NCBI GenBank assembly: GCA_052325505.1
Contig: JBKQUS010000136.1
Coordinates: forward strand, 67,140 to 131,139
Reading direction: 5' to 3'
Source of the DNA: Limisphaerales bacterium
Lineage (GTDB): Bacteria > Verrucomicrobiota > Verrucomicrobiia > Limisphaerales > Palsa-1400
DNA length: 64,000 nucleotides
Shown here: piece after piece, positions 29,651 through 37,615 of the stretch
Position numbering within the stretch: the first letter of the stretch is position 1
Layout: every line of letters begins with the position of its first letter
Notes under the pieces: generated by a model
Told to the model about the DNA's origin: nothing
What the model saw: only the letters and a program-made list of their open reading frames with translations
Databases searched by the model: none
Position numbers and translations under genes: made by a program

Positions 29651-29744
29651 CGGTAACTTGTTACCGTTGTGTTGCTGCTTTTGTTACCGACTAAGTCCTT
29701 GACTATCAATGGTGTAGCCGATGTTACCGATTTTTCAGACCTAT
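29651..29744 (-). repeat. 94-bp boxed dispersed element, copy A
   Basis: Reverse complement aligns without gaps to 37114-37207 (62/94 identities, hand count). Confidence 0.85.
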
Positions 29745-29890
29745 GACTCATATCTTGCGTTTCGAGCTTTCTCGCGGCCTTGCGGCTTTGCGTTGAAGCC
29801 GGGAAATCGAGTTGGAATACGGTCTCGCGCCATGACGCCACTCGCTGAGACCCTCAGGATGGCGGGCCTGCTCCCAGTGTTTTGAGTGAA

Positions 29891-30661
29891 CTAACTTTTG
29901 CGTCCAACAATAATGAGGGTGCGAACGGGAATGTAATACTCGCCATTCTCGAAACGGACACCCAGTTCCGCAAGTTGCTCCCCGGGAGCCGCCGCCAGCC
30001 GCGCTTGGATTTGTGCCAGCGCCGCTTGTGCCGTGTTCCCGATTTCACACCACCGTCGAACGGCCAGTCCTCCGGGCATTTCGGTTTGCCCCGATTCCAG
30101 CGACTCAACTGTGAGACCATTGGTCTCGAAGAACTCTCGCCAGCGCTTGGCTGTGTAACTCCGGACATGGGACGGATCATGCAGCACCTCGATTTCGTGG
30201 TTCAGGTCATCGAGGACCGGGTTTTCGCTGCCCTCCAGATCAATCACAGCCACGCAGCCGCCGGACCTGGTCAAACGCGCCATTTCCCCAACCGCTTTGC
30301 CGACATCGGGATAATGATGCGGCGCCAATCGTGACACAACCGCAGCAAAGGAATTGGACGGGAGAGGCACCTTGTCGGCGTAGGCTTGAACCGTCTCCAC
30401 TGCCACGTCGCGTTCCCCGGCCAGCTTCTCAAATTGCCGAAGCATATTGGGGGCGGCGTCAACGCCGACAATGCGCGAGACCTTGCCGGCAAACGACAAG
30501 GCGAGATGACCGGGACCGCACGCCACGTCACAAACCGAGTCCGGCGGCTTCGGAGCCAGCAATTCGTGCAACCGGCGGATGGTGGGACTGTCGCGGTGGA
30601 CTTCGCTGACGGCGTACTGGCTGGCAATGGCGTTAAAATGTTCGGGCGCGGAATTCGTCAT
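29891..30661 (-). CDS. Class I SAM-dependent methyltransferase (UbiE-like)
   Basis: DVACGPG, SRLAPHHY, EMAR, DPSHVR. Confidence 0.88.
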   Translation of the reverse strand: MTNSAPEHFNAIASQYAVSEVHRDSPTIRRLHELLAPKPPDSVCDVACGPGHLALSFAGKVSRIVGVDAAPNMLRQFEKLAGERDVAVETVQAYADKVPLPSNSFAAVVSRLAPHHYPDVGKAVGEMARLTRSGGCVAVIDLEGSENPVLDDLNHEIEVLHDPSHVRSYTAKRWREFFETNGLTVESLESGQTEMPGGLAVRRWCEIGNTAQAALAQIQARLAAAPGEQLAELGVRFENGEYYIPVRTLIIVGRKS

Positions 30662-30677
30662 AAAGCCTTATAATTAG

Positions 30678-31496
30678 TTAAGAGGCAGTGTCCTTTTGCG
30701 TTTCGATGCGTTGCAGCTTTTCGACGGCAAGCTGGTCCAGGTTGCAGAGGCAGTCAAACAACGCGGCTTTGAAAGACGCCGGGCCGCTCGATTTTTCCGC
30801 GGCCAATTCCGCCGCAATTCCGTAGCAGGCCAGCGCGCAGGCCGCAGCCTTGTGATAATCCGGCTCCACGGCGGCGAAAGCGCCGATGATGGAAGCGGCC
30901 ATGCAACCTGTGCCAACGACGCGAGTCATCAGCGCATTGCCATTCTTGACGCGGCAAATTCCCTGAAGGCCAGCCACAATATCGACTTTGCCGGTGATGA
31001 CCACAGTCGCCTGATGGCGAAGGGAAAGTGCGTGCGCCACCTTCTCCAAATCAACTCCGACTTCGGCGGCATCAACACCCTTTGTCCGGATGTTGGCTCC
31101 ACTGACACGGGCGATTTCGGAGGCGTTCCCCTTGATGATGTCGATTTTGACCTGGTCCAGCAGCCCGGCCACCATGCGGTCGCGGAATGCCGTGGCGCCT
31201 GCGCCGCACACGTCCAGAATGACCGGGATGCCTTTTTGATTCGCACTGGCCGCCGCCGTCTTCATCGCCTCGACAAAATCCAGGGTGGGAGTGCCGATAT
31301 TGAGTACCAACGCGGAAGCAATCAGTGTCATATCGGCCACTTCCTCAGGCGCATGAGCCATGACAGGCGAGGCGCCAAGGGTTTTGACGATTTGAGCGCA
31401 ATCGTAAATCGTCACCCAATTTGTCAGGTGATGTACCACCGGGCTTTCCTGGCGCACTTTTTTCAGTAAATCGTAAGCCTTGAATTCTGTGTTCAT
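30678..31496 (-). CDS. thiM: Hydroxyethylthiazole kinase
   Basis: PVVHHLTNWVT, GASPVMA, NIGT, KGNASEI, GTGC; ATGA overlap with miaA stop. Confidence 0.95.
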   Translation of the reverse strand: MNTEFKAYDLLKKVRQESPVVHHLTNWVTIYDCAQIVKTLGASPVMAHAPEEVADMTLIASALVLNIGTPTLDFVEAMKTAAASANQKGIPVILDVCGAGATAFRDRMVAGLLDQVKIDIIKGNASEIARVSGANIRTKGVDAAEVGVDLEKVAHALSLRHQATVVITGKVDIVAGLQGICRVKNGNALMTRVVGTGCMAASIIGAFAAVEPDYHKAAACALACYGIAAELAAEKSSGPASFKAALFDCLCNLDQLAVEKLQRIETQKDTAS

Positions 31497-32407
31497 AACC
31501 TCTCTTCGATCTGCACCACTGAGGGGGGCGTGTGGCCCTCCAGCATGATCCAGTCCAGTCTCATTTGCCGCCGGAACCACGTCAGTTGGCGCTTGGCATA
31601 TTGACGGGTGCGAATTTTGACCAACTCAATTGTTTCAGCCAAAGGCCGTTCGCCCCGAAGATGTTCGATTACCTGGCGATAACCCAGAGCTTGCAGTGCG
31701 GTGGGATTTTTGCCCAGACCGCGTTGCAACAAAGCCTCGGTTTCCGCCACCAGGCCGCCGGCAAACATTTCATCCACGCGCCGGCGGATGCGGTCGGACA
31801 ACTCGCCAGCCGGCCGGGTCAGGCCGATGAAACGGCCGGGAACGGCGGGCGGCCCGGCCTGCCAGCCGGCCCGTTGCTCCGAATAGGGCCGGCCGGTGAT
31901 GCGGATGACTTCCAGCGCACGAATGACACGGCGCGGATTCTGCCGGTCCACCTTGTCAAACATCGCCGGGTCGCGCTGCTGCAATTCCGTCAATAACGTC
32001 TTCAGCGGAGTCGATTCCAGTTCGGCGCGGATTTTTGGATCGGACGGCGGCGCGTCGCCCAGCCCTTCGAGAAAGGCCTTGAAATACAACCCCGTGCCGC
32101 CGCAAAAAATCGGCACCCGCCCGCGGGACCGGATGCCGGCCACAGCCGCCCCGGCCAGTGTAACGAAACGGGCGGCGTCAAAGGATTCGTCCAACCCAAC
32201 CACATCAATGAGGTGATGGGGCACGCGCTGTCGCTGGGCGGGGGATGGTTTGGCGGTGCCGATGTCCAGGCCGCGATAAACTTGCATGGAATCGACTGAA
32301 ATGATTTCCCCTCCGATGCGTTCGGCCAGTTCCATGGCCAGGGCGGATTTTCCCGCCGCGGTGGGGCCGGCCAGGAACACGGGAGGCACGTCGGGATTTT
32401 GTTCCAT
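31493..32407 (-). CDS. miaA: tRNA dimethylallyltransferase
   Basis: GPTAAGKS, DSMQVYRGLDIGTAKP, GGTGLY, TRQYAKRQLTWF. Confidence 0.96.
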   Translation of the reverse strand: MEQNPDVPPVFLAGPTAAGKSALAMELAERIGGEIISVDSMQVYRGLDIGTAKPSPAQRQRVPHHLIDVVGLDESFDAARFVTLAGAAVAGIRSRGRVPIFCGGTGLYFKAFLEGLGDAPPSDPKIRAELESTPLKTLLTELQQRDPAMFDKVDRQNPRRVIRALEVIRITGRPYSEQRAGWQAGPPAVPGRFIGLTRPAGELSDRIRRRVDEMFAGGLVAETEALLQRGLGKNPTALQALGYRQVIEHLRGERPLAETIELVKIRTRQYAKRQLTWFRRQMRLDWIMLEGHTPPSVVQIEERL

Positions 32408-32409
32408 CT

Positions 32410-33210
32410 CTACGCTTTGTCGGCCACGGTCGCTTTGACAACCGCGCGCATCGGGATCACCTTTCGCGGCAGCTTCCACAGCAGAATCGCGCCCGCTGCC
32501 AGGATGGGGATGCTCGTCAATTGCCCGGGGGTTACCCAGCCCCAGTAGAGTGCCGGGTAGTCTCCGCGAAACGCTTCCACTAAAGACCGGAGCACGGCAT
32601 AGCAGATCAAATAAAGGGCAAAAACCTGCCCGTCGTATTTTTTGCGCCGAAAGAACCACACCAACAAGAGGTACAATCCCATATTTAAGAGCGAGTCGTA
32701 GATTTCCGTCGGATGGACGTATTGGGGCCAGGTCTCGTGGCCGTAAGGGAACCTGATGCCCCACGGCATCGTCGTGGGGCGGCCATAGCAGCAACCATTC
32801 ATCAAGCAGCCCCAACGCCCGAAGAAACTGCCGAGGGCGATGCTCGGCGCAAGCACATCCGCCAGCCGCCACAGGGGAAGATGCCTGCGGAAGGCGAACA
32901 ACACACAAGCCAGCGTGGCGCCGATGAGGCCGCCGTAAAAGACCAGCCCGCCATGCTGCACCATGAAGATTTCCGTAATCGGTTTGCCGTCAAACGCCTC
33001 TTTCCAGTAAGACACGACGTAGAGCGTGCGCGCGCCCAGAATCGTGCCCACCAGAAGCCAGGGACCGAGATCGAAGATGGTTTCCGGGTGAATTCTTTCG
33101 CGCAAGGCGCGTCGGCTGGCCGTCCACAAGCCCGCCATGAACCCCGCAACCATGAAGATCCCGTACCACGTCACTTTCAGACCCTCAAACTGGAACGCAA
33201 TTGGATGCAC
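32410..33210 (-). CDS. lgt: Prolipoprotein diacylglyceryl transferase
   Basis: WYG, GGLVFYGG, GRWGC..NG, HPTEIY, EAFR; GTG start inferred. Confidence 0.95.
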   Translation of the reverse strand: MHPIAFQFEGLKVTWYGIFMVAGFMAGLWTASRRALRERIHPETIFDLGPWLLVGTILGARTLYVVSYWKEAFDGKPITEIFMVQHGGLVFYGGLIGATLACVLFAFRRHLPLWRLADVLAPSIALGSFFGRWGCLMNGCCYGRPTTMPWGIRFPYGHETWPQYVHPTEIYDSLLNMGLYLLLVWFFRRKKYDGQVFALYLICYAVLRSLVEAFRGDYPALYWGWVTPGQLTSIPILAAGAILLWKLPRKVIPMRAVVKATVADKA

Positions 33211-33330
33211 TGGAAACAGAGTACTGGCAAACCGCCCAAAGATCAAACCCCGGCAGGGCCTGCCAGTTTCGTCGTTCGGGAGCGCAAAATAATCTTTGAC
33301 CAGCGGCGCTGTTTTTGAATAAATAGCCCC

Positions 33331-33765
33331 ATGTTGCCGAAATTATTGATCGTTGGTGGTGCTAGTGCATCCATTTTCGTTGCGGTTTGCGTTCTGGCCG
33401 CTGATAAACAGACGGGCTACGACACCAGCCTTTTGCCGCCCGCCGCCTCCAAAGCCGGTGTGACCTACGCCAGCGACGTCCAGCCAATTTTCGATAAATC
33501 CTGTTATCCATGCCACGGGCCGAAAACGCCCAAGCCGAAAGGCGGATTGCGGCTTGACTCGCTCGCGGCCGTGTTGAAAGGCGGCAAAGAGGGCGTGGTT
33601 GTCGTGCCTGGAGACATTGCGAAAAGTCCGTTGATGAGCAGTGTCGCGCATCTGGGCGATCCAGATGACTACATGCCCCCGCCCAAGAACAAAGGCCACA
33701 TTGGACCGTTGACCAAAGAGCAAATCGGCTTGATCCGCGCCTGGATTGAACAGGGCGCCAAGTAG
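33331..33765 (+). CDS. Exported c-type cytochrome domain protein (planctomycete-type)
   Basis: Signal peptide, CYPCH, GGLRLDS, MPP, WIEQGA. Confidence 0.88.
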   Translation: MLPKLLIVGGASASIFVAVCVLAADKQTGYDTSLLPPAASKAGVTYASDVQPIFDKSCYPCHGPKTPKPKGGLRLDSLAAVLKGGKEGVVVVPGDIAKSPLMSSVAHLGDPDDYMPPPKNKGHIGPLTKEQIGLIRAWIEQGAK

Positions 33766-33837
33766 GGGCATTTCCCCGGCATGACTGCGCCGGTTTTTGC
33801 AGTTTGCACGTTGGTTTTTAGGGGCTAAATTGACGAC

Positions 33838-34041
33838 ATGAAACCGGAAGCCGTCCTCGACTTTCAAATTAAGAAGTACCGCCAAATGACGGGCGAGCAA
33901 CGGCTCAAGCTGGCTCTGGATCTACACGAGTTCGCGTGTAACGTTTCCCGACAGGGCATACGGCATCAATTCCCCGAGGCCGACGAAGCGGAGGTCGAGC
34001 GGCGCTTGCGCGAACGGATCCAGTTGGCAAAGGGATTGTGA
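33838..34041 (+). CDS. Small helical protein, putative antitoxin partner
   Basis: 67 aa, YRQMTGEQRL...GIRHQFP; GTGA overlap with downstream nucleotidyltransferase. Confidence 0.75.
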   Translation: MKPEAVLDFQIKKYRQMTGEQRLKLALDLHEFACNVSRQGIRHQFPEADEAEVERRLRERIQLAKGL

Positions 34042-34607
34042 ACGAGCAAGAGCTGTTGGTTGACGCGTTGCGACGTCTCAATCGAGTCGGTCTTCCGTAT
34101 ATGCTGACCGGGTCGATGGCAAGCAATTATTGGGGTATTCCCCGGACTACGCATGATTTGGATTTTGTGATCCACCTTCCTGCCGCCGGCATTCCAAAAA
34201 TGATGCAGGAGTTTGGTGGCGATCTTTCTCTGGATGAGGAATCTGTGCGGGCTGCGTCTCGGCCGCCTTATCAATTCAATGCTATTGACACCCGTTCGGC
34301 CTTGAAGATTGATTTCTGGATGGCCCGCCCGGTTGCTTTCGATCAGGAGATGTTTCGGCGGCGGATGAAGGTGATGATTTTTGGGGAACCCGCCTGGATC
34401 TCCACCAAGGAAGACGTCATTCTGCACAAGTTATACTGGGATCATTTCACGCCTTCGGAACGGCAATTGGGAGACGCCGCCGGCATCGTTGCCATTCAAA
34501 GGGAACATCTTGATCTCGATTATCTCCGGCAATGGGCAAGGGAAATCGGAGTTGGACCAGTTCTTGAGAAAGTTTTGGACGGAACGATCAAGCCCAAAAC
34601 CACCTGA
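34038..34607 (+). CDS. Nucleotidyltransferase-fold protein (Pol-beta superfamily)
   Basis: MLTGSMA, PRTTHDLD (GS...DxD), KIDF, EDVILHKL, RQLGD. Confidence 0.8.
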   Translation: MNEQELLVDALRRLNRVGLPYMLTGSMASNYWGIPRTTHDLDFVIHLPAAGIPKMMQEFGGDLSLDEESVRAASRPPYQFNAIDTRSALKIDFWMARPVAFDQEMFRRRMKVMIFGEPAWISTKEDVILHKLYWDHFTPSERQLGDAAGIVAIQREHLDLDYLRQWAREIGVGPVLEKVLDGTIKPKTT

Positions 34608-34631
34608 TTGTGTTCGTTTGTCAAACTTACT

Positions 34632-35210
34632 TTAGCTCAACAAACGAAAGTGCCCGATCCAAGGCAGCGGTTTGTACTCGCCGGAGACGGCGTGTATGAT
34701 GCCGATGATCATGAAGACCAGCCCGCCCGCCGACAGAAGGAACCATGCCGAAACGCCGATGGGAATCAGTATAATGTTGATGATGGGAATGGCGGCCAGG
34801 AAGCCCAGTGCAAATGAAAGGATTAGGACAGAGAGAAACAGGACGATGCCTTGATTGGTATGGTACCTCGCGAACCGTGACTGGGGCGCGGCCAGCAATG
34901 GCACCAAGAACAGAATCCCAATGTAGGCCAGCACCGCAAAAATCTTGTTGTGCTCAATGTCCAGCGCGTCCGCGTTCAGTGAAGCCCCCGGAATCGCGGG
35001 CGGAGGAACAGAGAGGGGAACAGGCGGTGGCGTGCCGCCCCGTGGAACAGACGCGGCGAAGCCAGCCACCGAGCGGGCCGCAACCCAATCCGGCATGCCC
35101 GGTTGCCAAACGAGTGTATCCGGGCCAAGCGAGCTGCTTTGCAAAAGCGCCTGCAGGGCGGATGCGTCAATGGGACCGCAGGCCTGGCCGTTTTGGACGT
35201 AGTGCCACAT
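34632..35210 (-). CDS. GYF_2-domain membrane protein (DUF4870-like C-terminus)
   Basis: WHY...GP...TLVWQPGMPDW, Pro linker, LAY...FARYHTNQG...LPWIG. Confidence 0.8.
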   Translation of the reverse strand: MWHYVQNGQACGPIDASALQALLQSSSLGPDTLVWQPGMPDWVAARSVAGFAASVPRGGTPPPVPLSVPPPAIPGASLNADALDIEHNKIFAVLAYIGILFLVPLLAAPQSRFARYHTNQGIVLFLSVLILSFALGFLAAIPIINIILIPIGVSAWFLLSAGGLVFMIIGIIHAVSGEYKPLPWIGHFRLLS

Positions 35211-35300
35211 GACGGTAACGTCGGTTAATTCGACCATGCGATGGTCAGAATGTCAAGACTCCTTGTCCTTCGCCAAATCTGTGTTACCCTACGCATCCCT

Positions 35301-36902
35301 GTGGATATCGCCAAGGAAATCCAAAAAAGGCGCACATTCGCCATTATCTCGCATCCGGACGCCGGCAAAACGACGTTGACGGAGAAGCTCCTGCTGTACG
35401 GCGGCGCGGTGCAATTGGCCGGCTCCGTCACGGCCCGCAAGAACCAGCGCGCCACCACTTCGGATTGGATGGAGTTGGAACGCAAACGCGGCATTTCCAT
35501 CAGCTCGACCGTGCTGCAGTTCGATTATGACGGCTATCACATCAATTTGCTGGATACTCCAGGCCACAAGGACTTCTCCGAGGACACTTACCGCGTGCTC
35601 ACGGCCGTCGATGCCGTGGTCATGGTGATTGACGCCGGCAAGGGGATCGAGACGCAGACGCTCAAGCTGTTCGAAGTGTGCCGGCAACGCGGCGTGCCAA
35701 TCTTTACATTCATGAACAAATGCGACCGCCCGACGCGCGAGCCGCTGGCGCTCCTGGACGAACTGGAGCGCGTGCTCGGCATCGGGGCCTTCCCGGTCAA
35801 TTGGCCCATCGGCAACGGCGCTGAATTTCAGGGCGTCTTTGACCGCCAGACGCGGCAGGTCTTTCTTTTCGAACGCACAGCGGGCGGGCAATTCCGCGCC
35901 CCGGTTTCCATCGGCAGCCTGAGCGATCCGGTCATTCGCGGGCGGTTGTCCGAAGAAACTTTTGCCAAAGTCTCGGAGGAACTGGCCATGCTCGATTCCG
36001 CCGGGGCCGTCTTTGACCCCGTGGCGGTGCTGGCCGGCCAAACCACGCAGGTCTTTTTTGGCAGCGGCGTCAATAATTTTGGCGTCCAATTGCTGCTGGA
36101 CGGTTTTCTCAAAAATTCCCCCCCGCCCAAGGCGCGCCTCATGGCTGGCACGCAAATATCGCCAGATAACGCCGCGTTTTCCGGCTTCATTTTTAAAATC
36201 CAAGCCAACATGGACCCGAAACATCGCGATCGCATCGCCTTTGTCCGGGTTTGCTCGGGCAAATTCGAGCGGGACATGACGGTCATCCATCCGCGCACCG
36301 ACAAAAAAGTCCGGCTCTCCAGTTCGCACAAACTCTTTGGCAACGAACGGGAAGTGGCCAATGAGGCTTACCCCGGCGATATTATCGGACTGGTTGGCCA
36401 TTCTGACTTTGGCATCGGCGACACCCTAACGACGGACCGCAGCATTTCCTACCGGGAAATCCCGCGCTTCACCCCGGAGGCCTTCGCCTGGCTGCACAAT
36501 CCGACCCCGGCGAAGTTCAAGCCCTTCCGCACCGGCTTGGACCAGCTCTTGCAGGAAGGCGTCATCCAGGTGCTGCAATTGCGCGATGCCACCGTCAAGA
36601 TGCCGCTGCTGGCGGCGGTAGGCCCGCTGCAATTTGAAGTGGTGCAGTACCGTCTCGAAAGTGAATACGGCGCGCCGTCGCGTTTGGAGGCCGCGCCCTG
36701 GACGGTGGTGCGCTGGCTGCCCGCGCCCTTCACGGAGCTAGACCTGGATGCGCTTTCCCTGCCCACCGGCTCGCGCCTGGCCTATGACATGGGGCAAAAT
36801 CCCGTCATTCTGTTTCCCAACGAGTGGTCGGCCAATTATTTCAGCGAAACCAATCCCAAGGCCGCCTTGTCCAGCCTCCCCATCGGCCGGCTGAGGAATT
36901 AG
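35301..36902 (+). CDS. prfC: Peptide chain release factor 3
   Basis: RRTFAIISHPDAGKTTLTEKLLL, DWMELE, DTPGH.DFSEDTYR, FKIQANMDP.HRDR. Confidence 0.97.
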   Translation: MDIAKEIQKRRTFAIISHPDAGKTTLTEKLLLYGGAVQLAGSVTARKNQRATTSDWMELERKRGISISSTVLQFDYDGYHINLLDTPGHKDFSEDTYRVLTAVDAVVMVIDAGKGIETQTLKLFEVCRQRGVPIFTFMNKCDRPTREPLALLDELERVLGIGAFPVNWPIGNGAEFQGVFDRQTRQVFLFERTAGGQFRAPVSIGSLSDPVIRGRLSEETFAKVSEELAMLDSAGAVFDPVAVLAGQTTQVFFGSGVNNFGVQLLLDGFLKNSPPPKARLMAGTQISPDNAAFSGFIFKIQANMDPKHRDRIAFVRVCSGKFERDMTVIHPRTDKKVRLSSSHKLFGNEREVANEAYPGDIIGLVGHSDFGIGDTLTTDRSISYREIPRFTPEAFAWLHNPTPAKFKPFRTGLDQLLQEGVIQVLQLRDATVKMPLLAAVGPLQFEVVQYRLESEYGAPSRLEAAPWTVVRWLPAPFTELDLDALSLPTGSRLAYDMGQNPVILFPNEWSANYFSETNPKAALSSLPIGRLRN

Positions 36903-36916
36903 AGTCGTGTTGATAT

Positions 36917-36985
36917 ATAGGTCGGAAAAAGGGGTAACGACTTAGCCGGTAACACAAAGGGAAACAGAGAGGTAACATGTAACCG
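36917..36985 (+). repeat. Boxed dispersed element, copy B (internally deleted)
   Basis: ATAGGTCGGAAAAAGGGGTAAC-[25 bp missing]-GACTTAGCCGGTAACA...GGAAACA...GGTAACATGTAACCG. Confidence 0.8.
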
Positions 36986-37113
36986 CTTTTCGTCTTTTCG
37001 CTGCTCTGTGAGAACCTGTATAAATATAGCCATCTGAAAAGGGAACGGCAGAAATATGTGGGGCAAAAACATGGAACTGCCGCAAAGAATGGCCTGAAAT
37101 GCCAGATTGACAT

Positions 37114-37207
37114 ATAGGTCTGGAAAACCCGCTACATCCGCTACGCGGTTGATAATCAACGAGTTAACCCGCTACACGACCCGCTACAGGGGTGCAACAT
37201 GTAGCAG
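37114..37207 (+). repeat. 94-bp boxed dispersed element, copy C
   Basis: ATAGGTCTGGAAAA, repeated CGCTACA boxes, central TTGATAATCAACGAGTTA. Confidence 0.85.
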
Positions 37208-37243
37208 GTGTCAGTCAGATCGCGGCACGCTGGCGATACCGCA

Positions 37244-37500
37244 TCAGATGTAATGTCTGAACGGCAGAGGAGCATTGGGCACAGTTGGTCCGCTGATTAA
37301 GATTTCGCCAATTGCGTCCGCGAACTTCAGCGTCACCGGGACACCATCTGCGTACCTACAGGAATTATAGTTCAGCTTCGTCAAGCCAAGCACATCTTGA
37401 AGCACAGTCTCAATCGGCGATTCGCCTCTGCAGATTTCCACGAAGAGTGGCCGAGGAACCTCTTTACCCGGATATGTCTGCAGCCGTGGAGTAAAACCTC
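37244..37500 (-). pseudogene. Short prokaryotic Argonaute, C-terminal PIWI fragment
   Basis: GFTPRLQTY...EVPRPLFVEI...LTKLNYNSC.YADG.PVTLKFADAIGEIL...PLPFRHYI*; upstream codons are unrelated repeat DNA. Confidence 0.85.
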
Positions 37501-37531
37501 TGAACGGGTCGGTCCTGAACGGGTCGGTCCT
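37500..37531. repeat. Perfect 15-bp tandem duplication
   Basis: (CTGAACGGGTCGGTC)x2 plus CT. Confidence 0.9.
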
Positions 37532-37615
37532 ATAAAAATGACAAAAGGTGGCGGGCGGGCGGTGTTTAGGATTGTGCGGGGCGGGCGGGTGGGACAAAAT
37601 TCCGCAGACACAATC

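Noticed and set aside
29620-29841. Small ORFs over the 94-bp element (also 36841-37159)
   Set aside because: Similarity is better explained at DNA level (boxes, palindromes); starts and stops are not shared, and copy B has a frame-breaking 25-bp deletion
29821-29860. GCTGAGA hairpin near thiM as a TPP riboswitch
   Set aside because: Lies downstream of and on the opposite strand to thiM, and lacks the remaining TPP core
36917-37207. Possible CRISPR array
   Set aside because: No identical 23-47-bp repeats with unique regular spacers, and no cas genes
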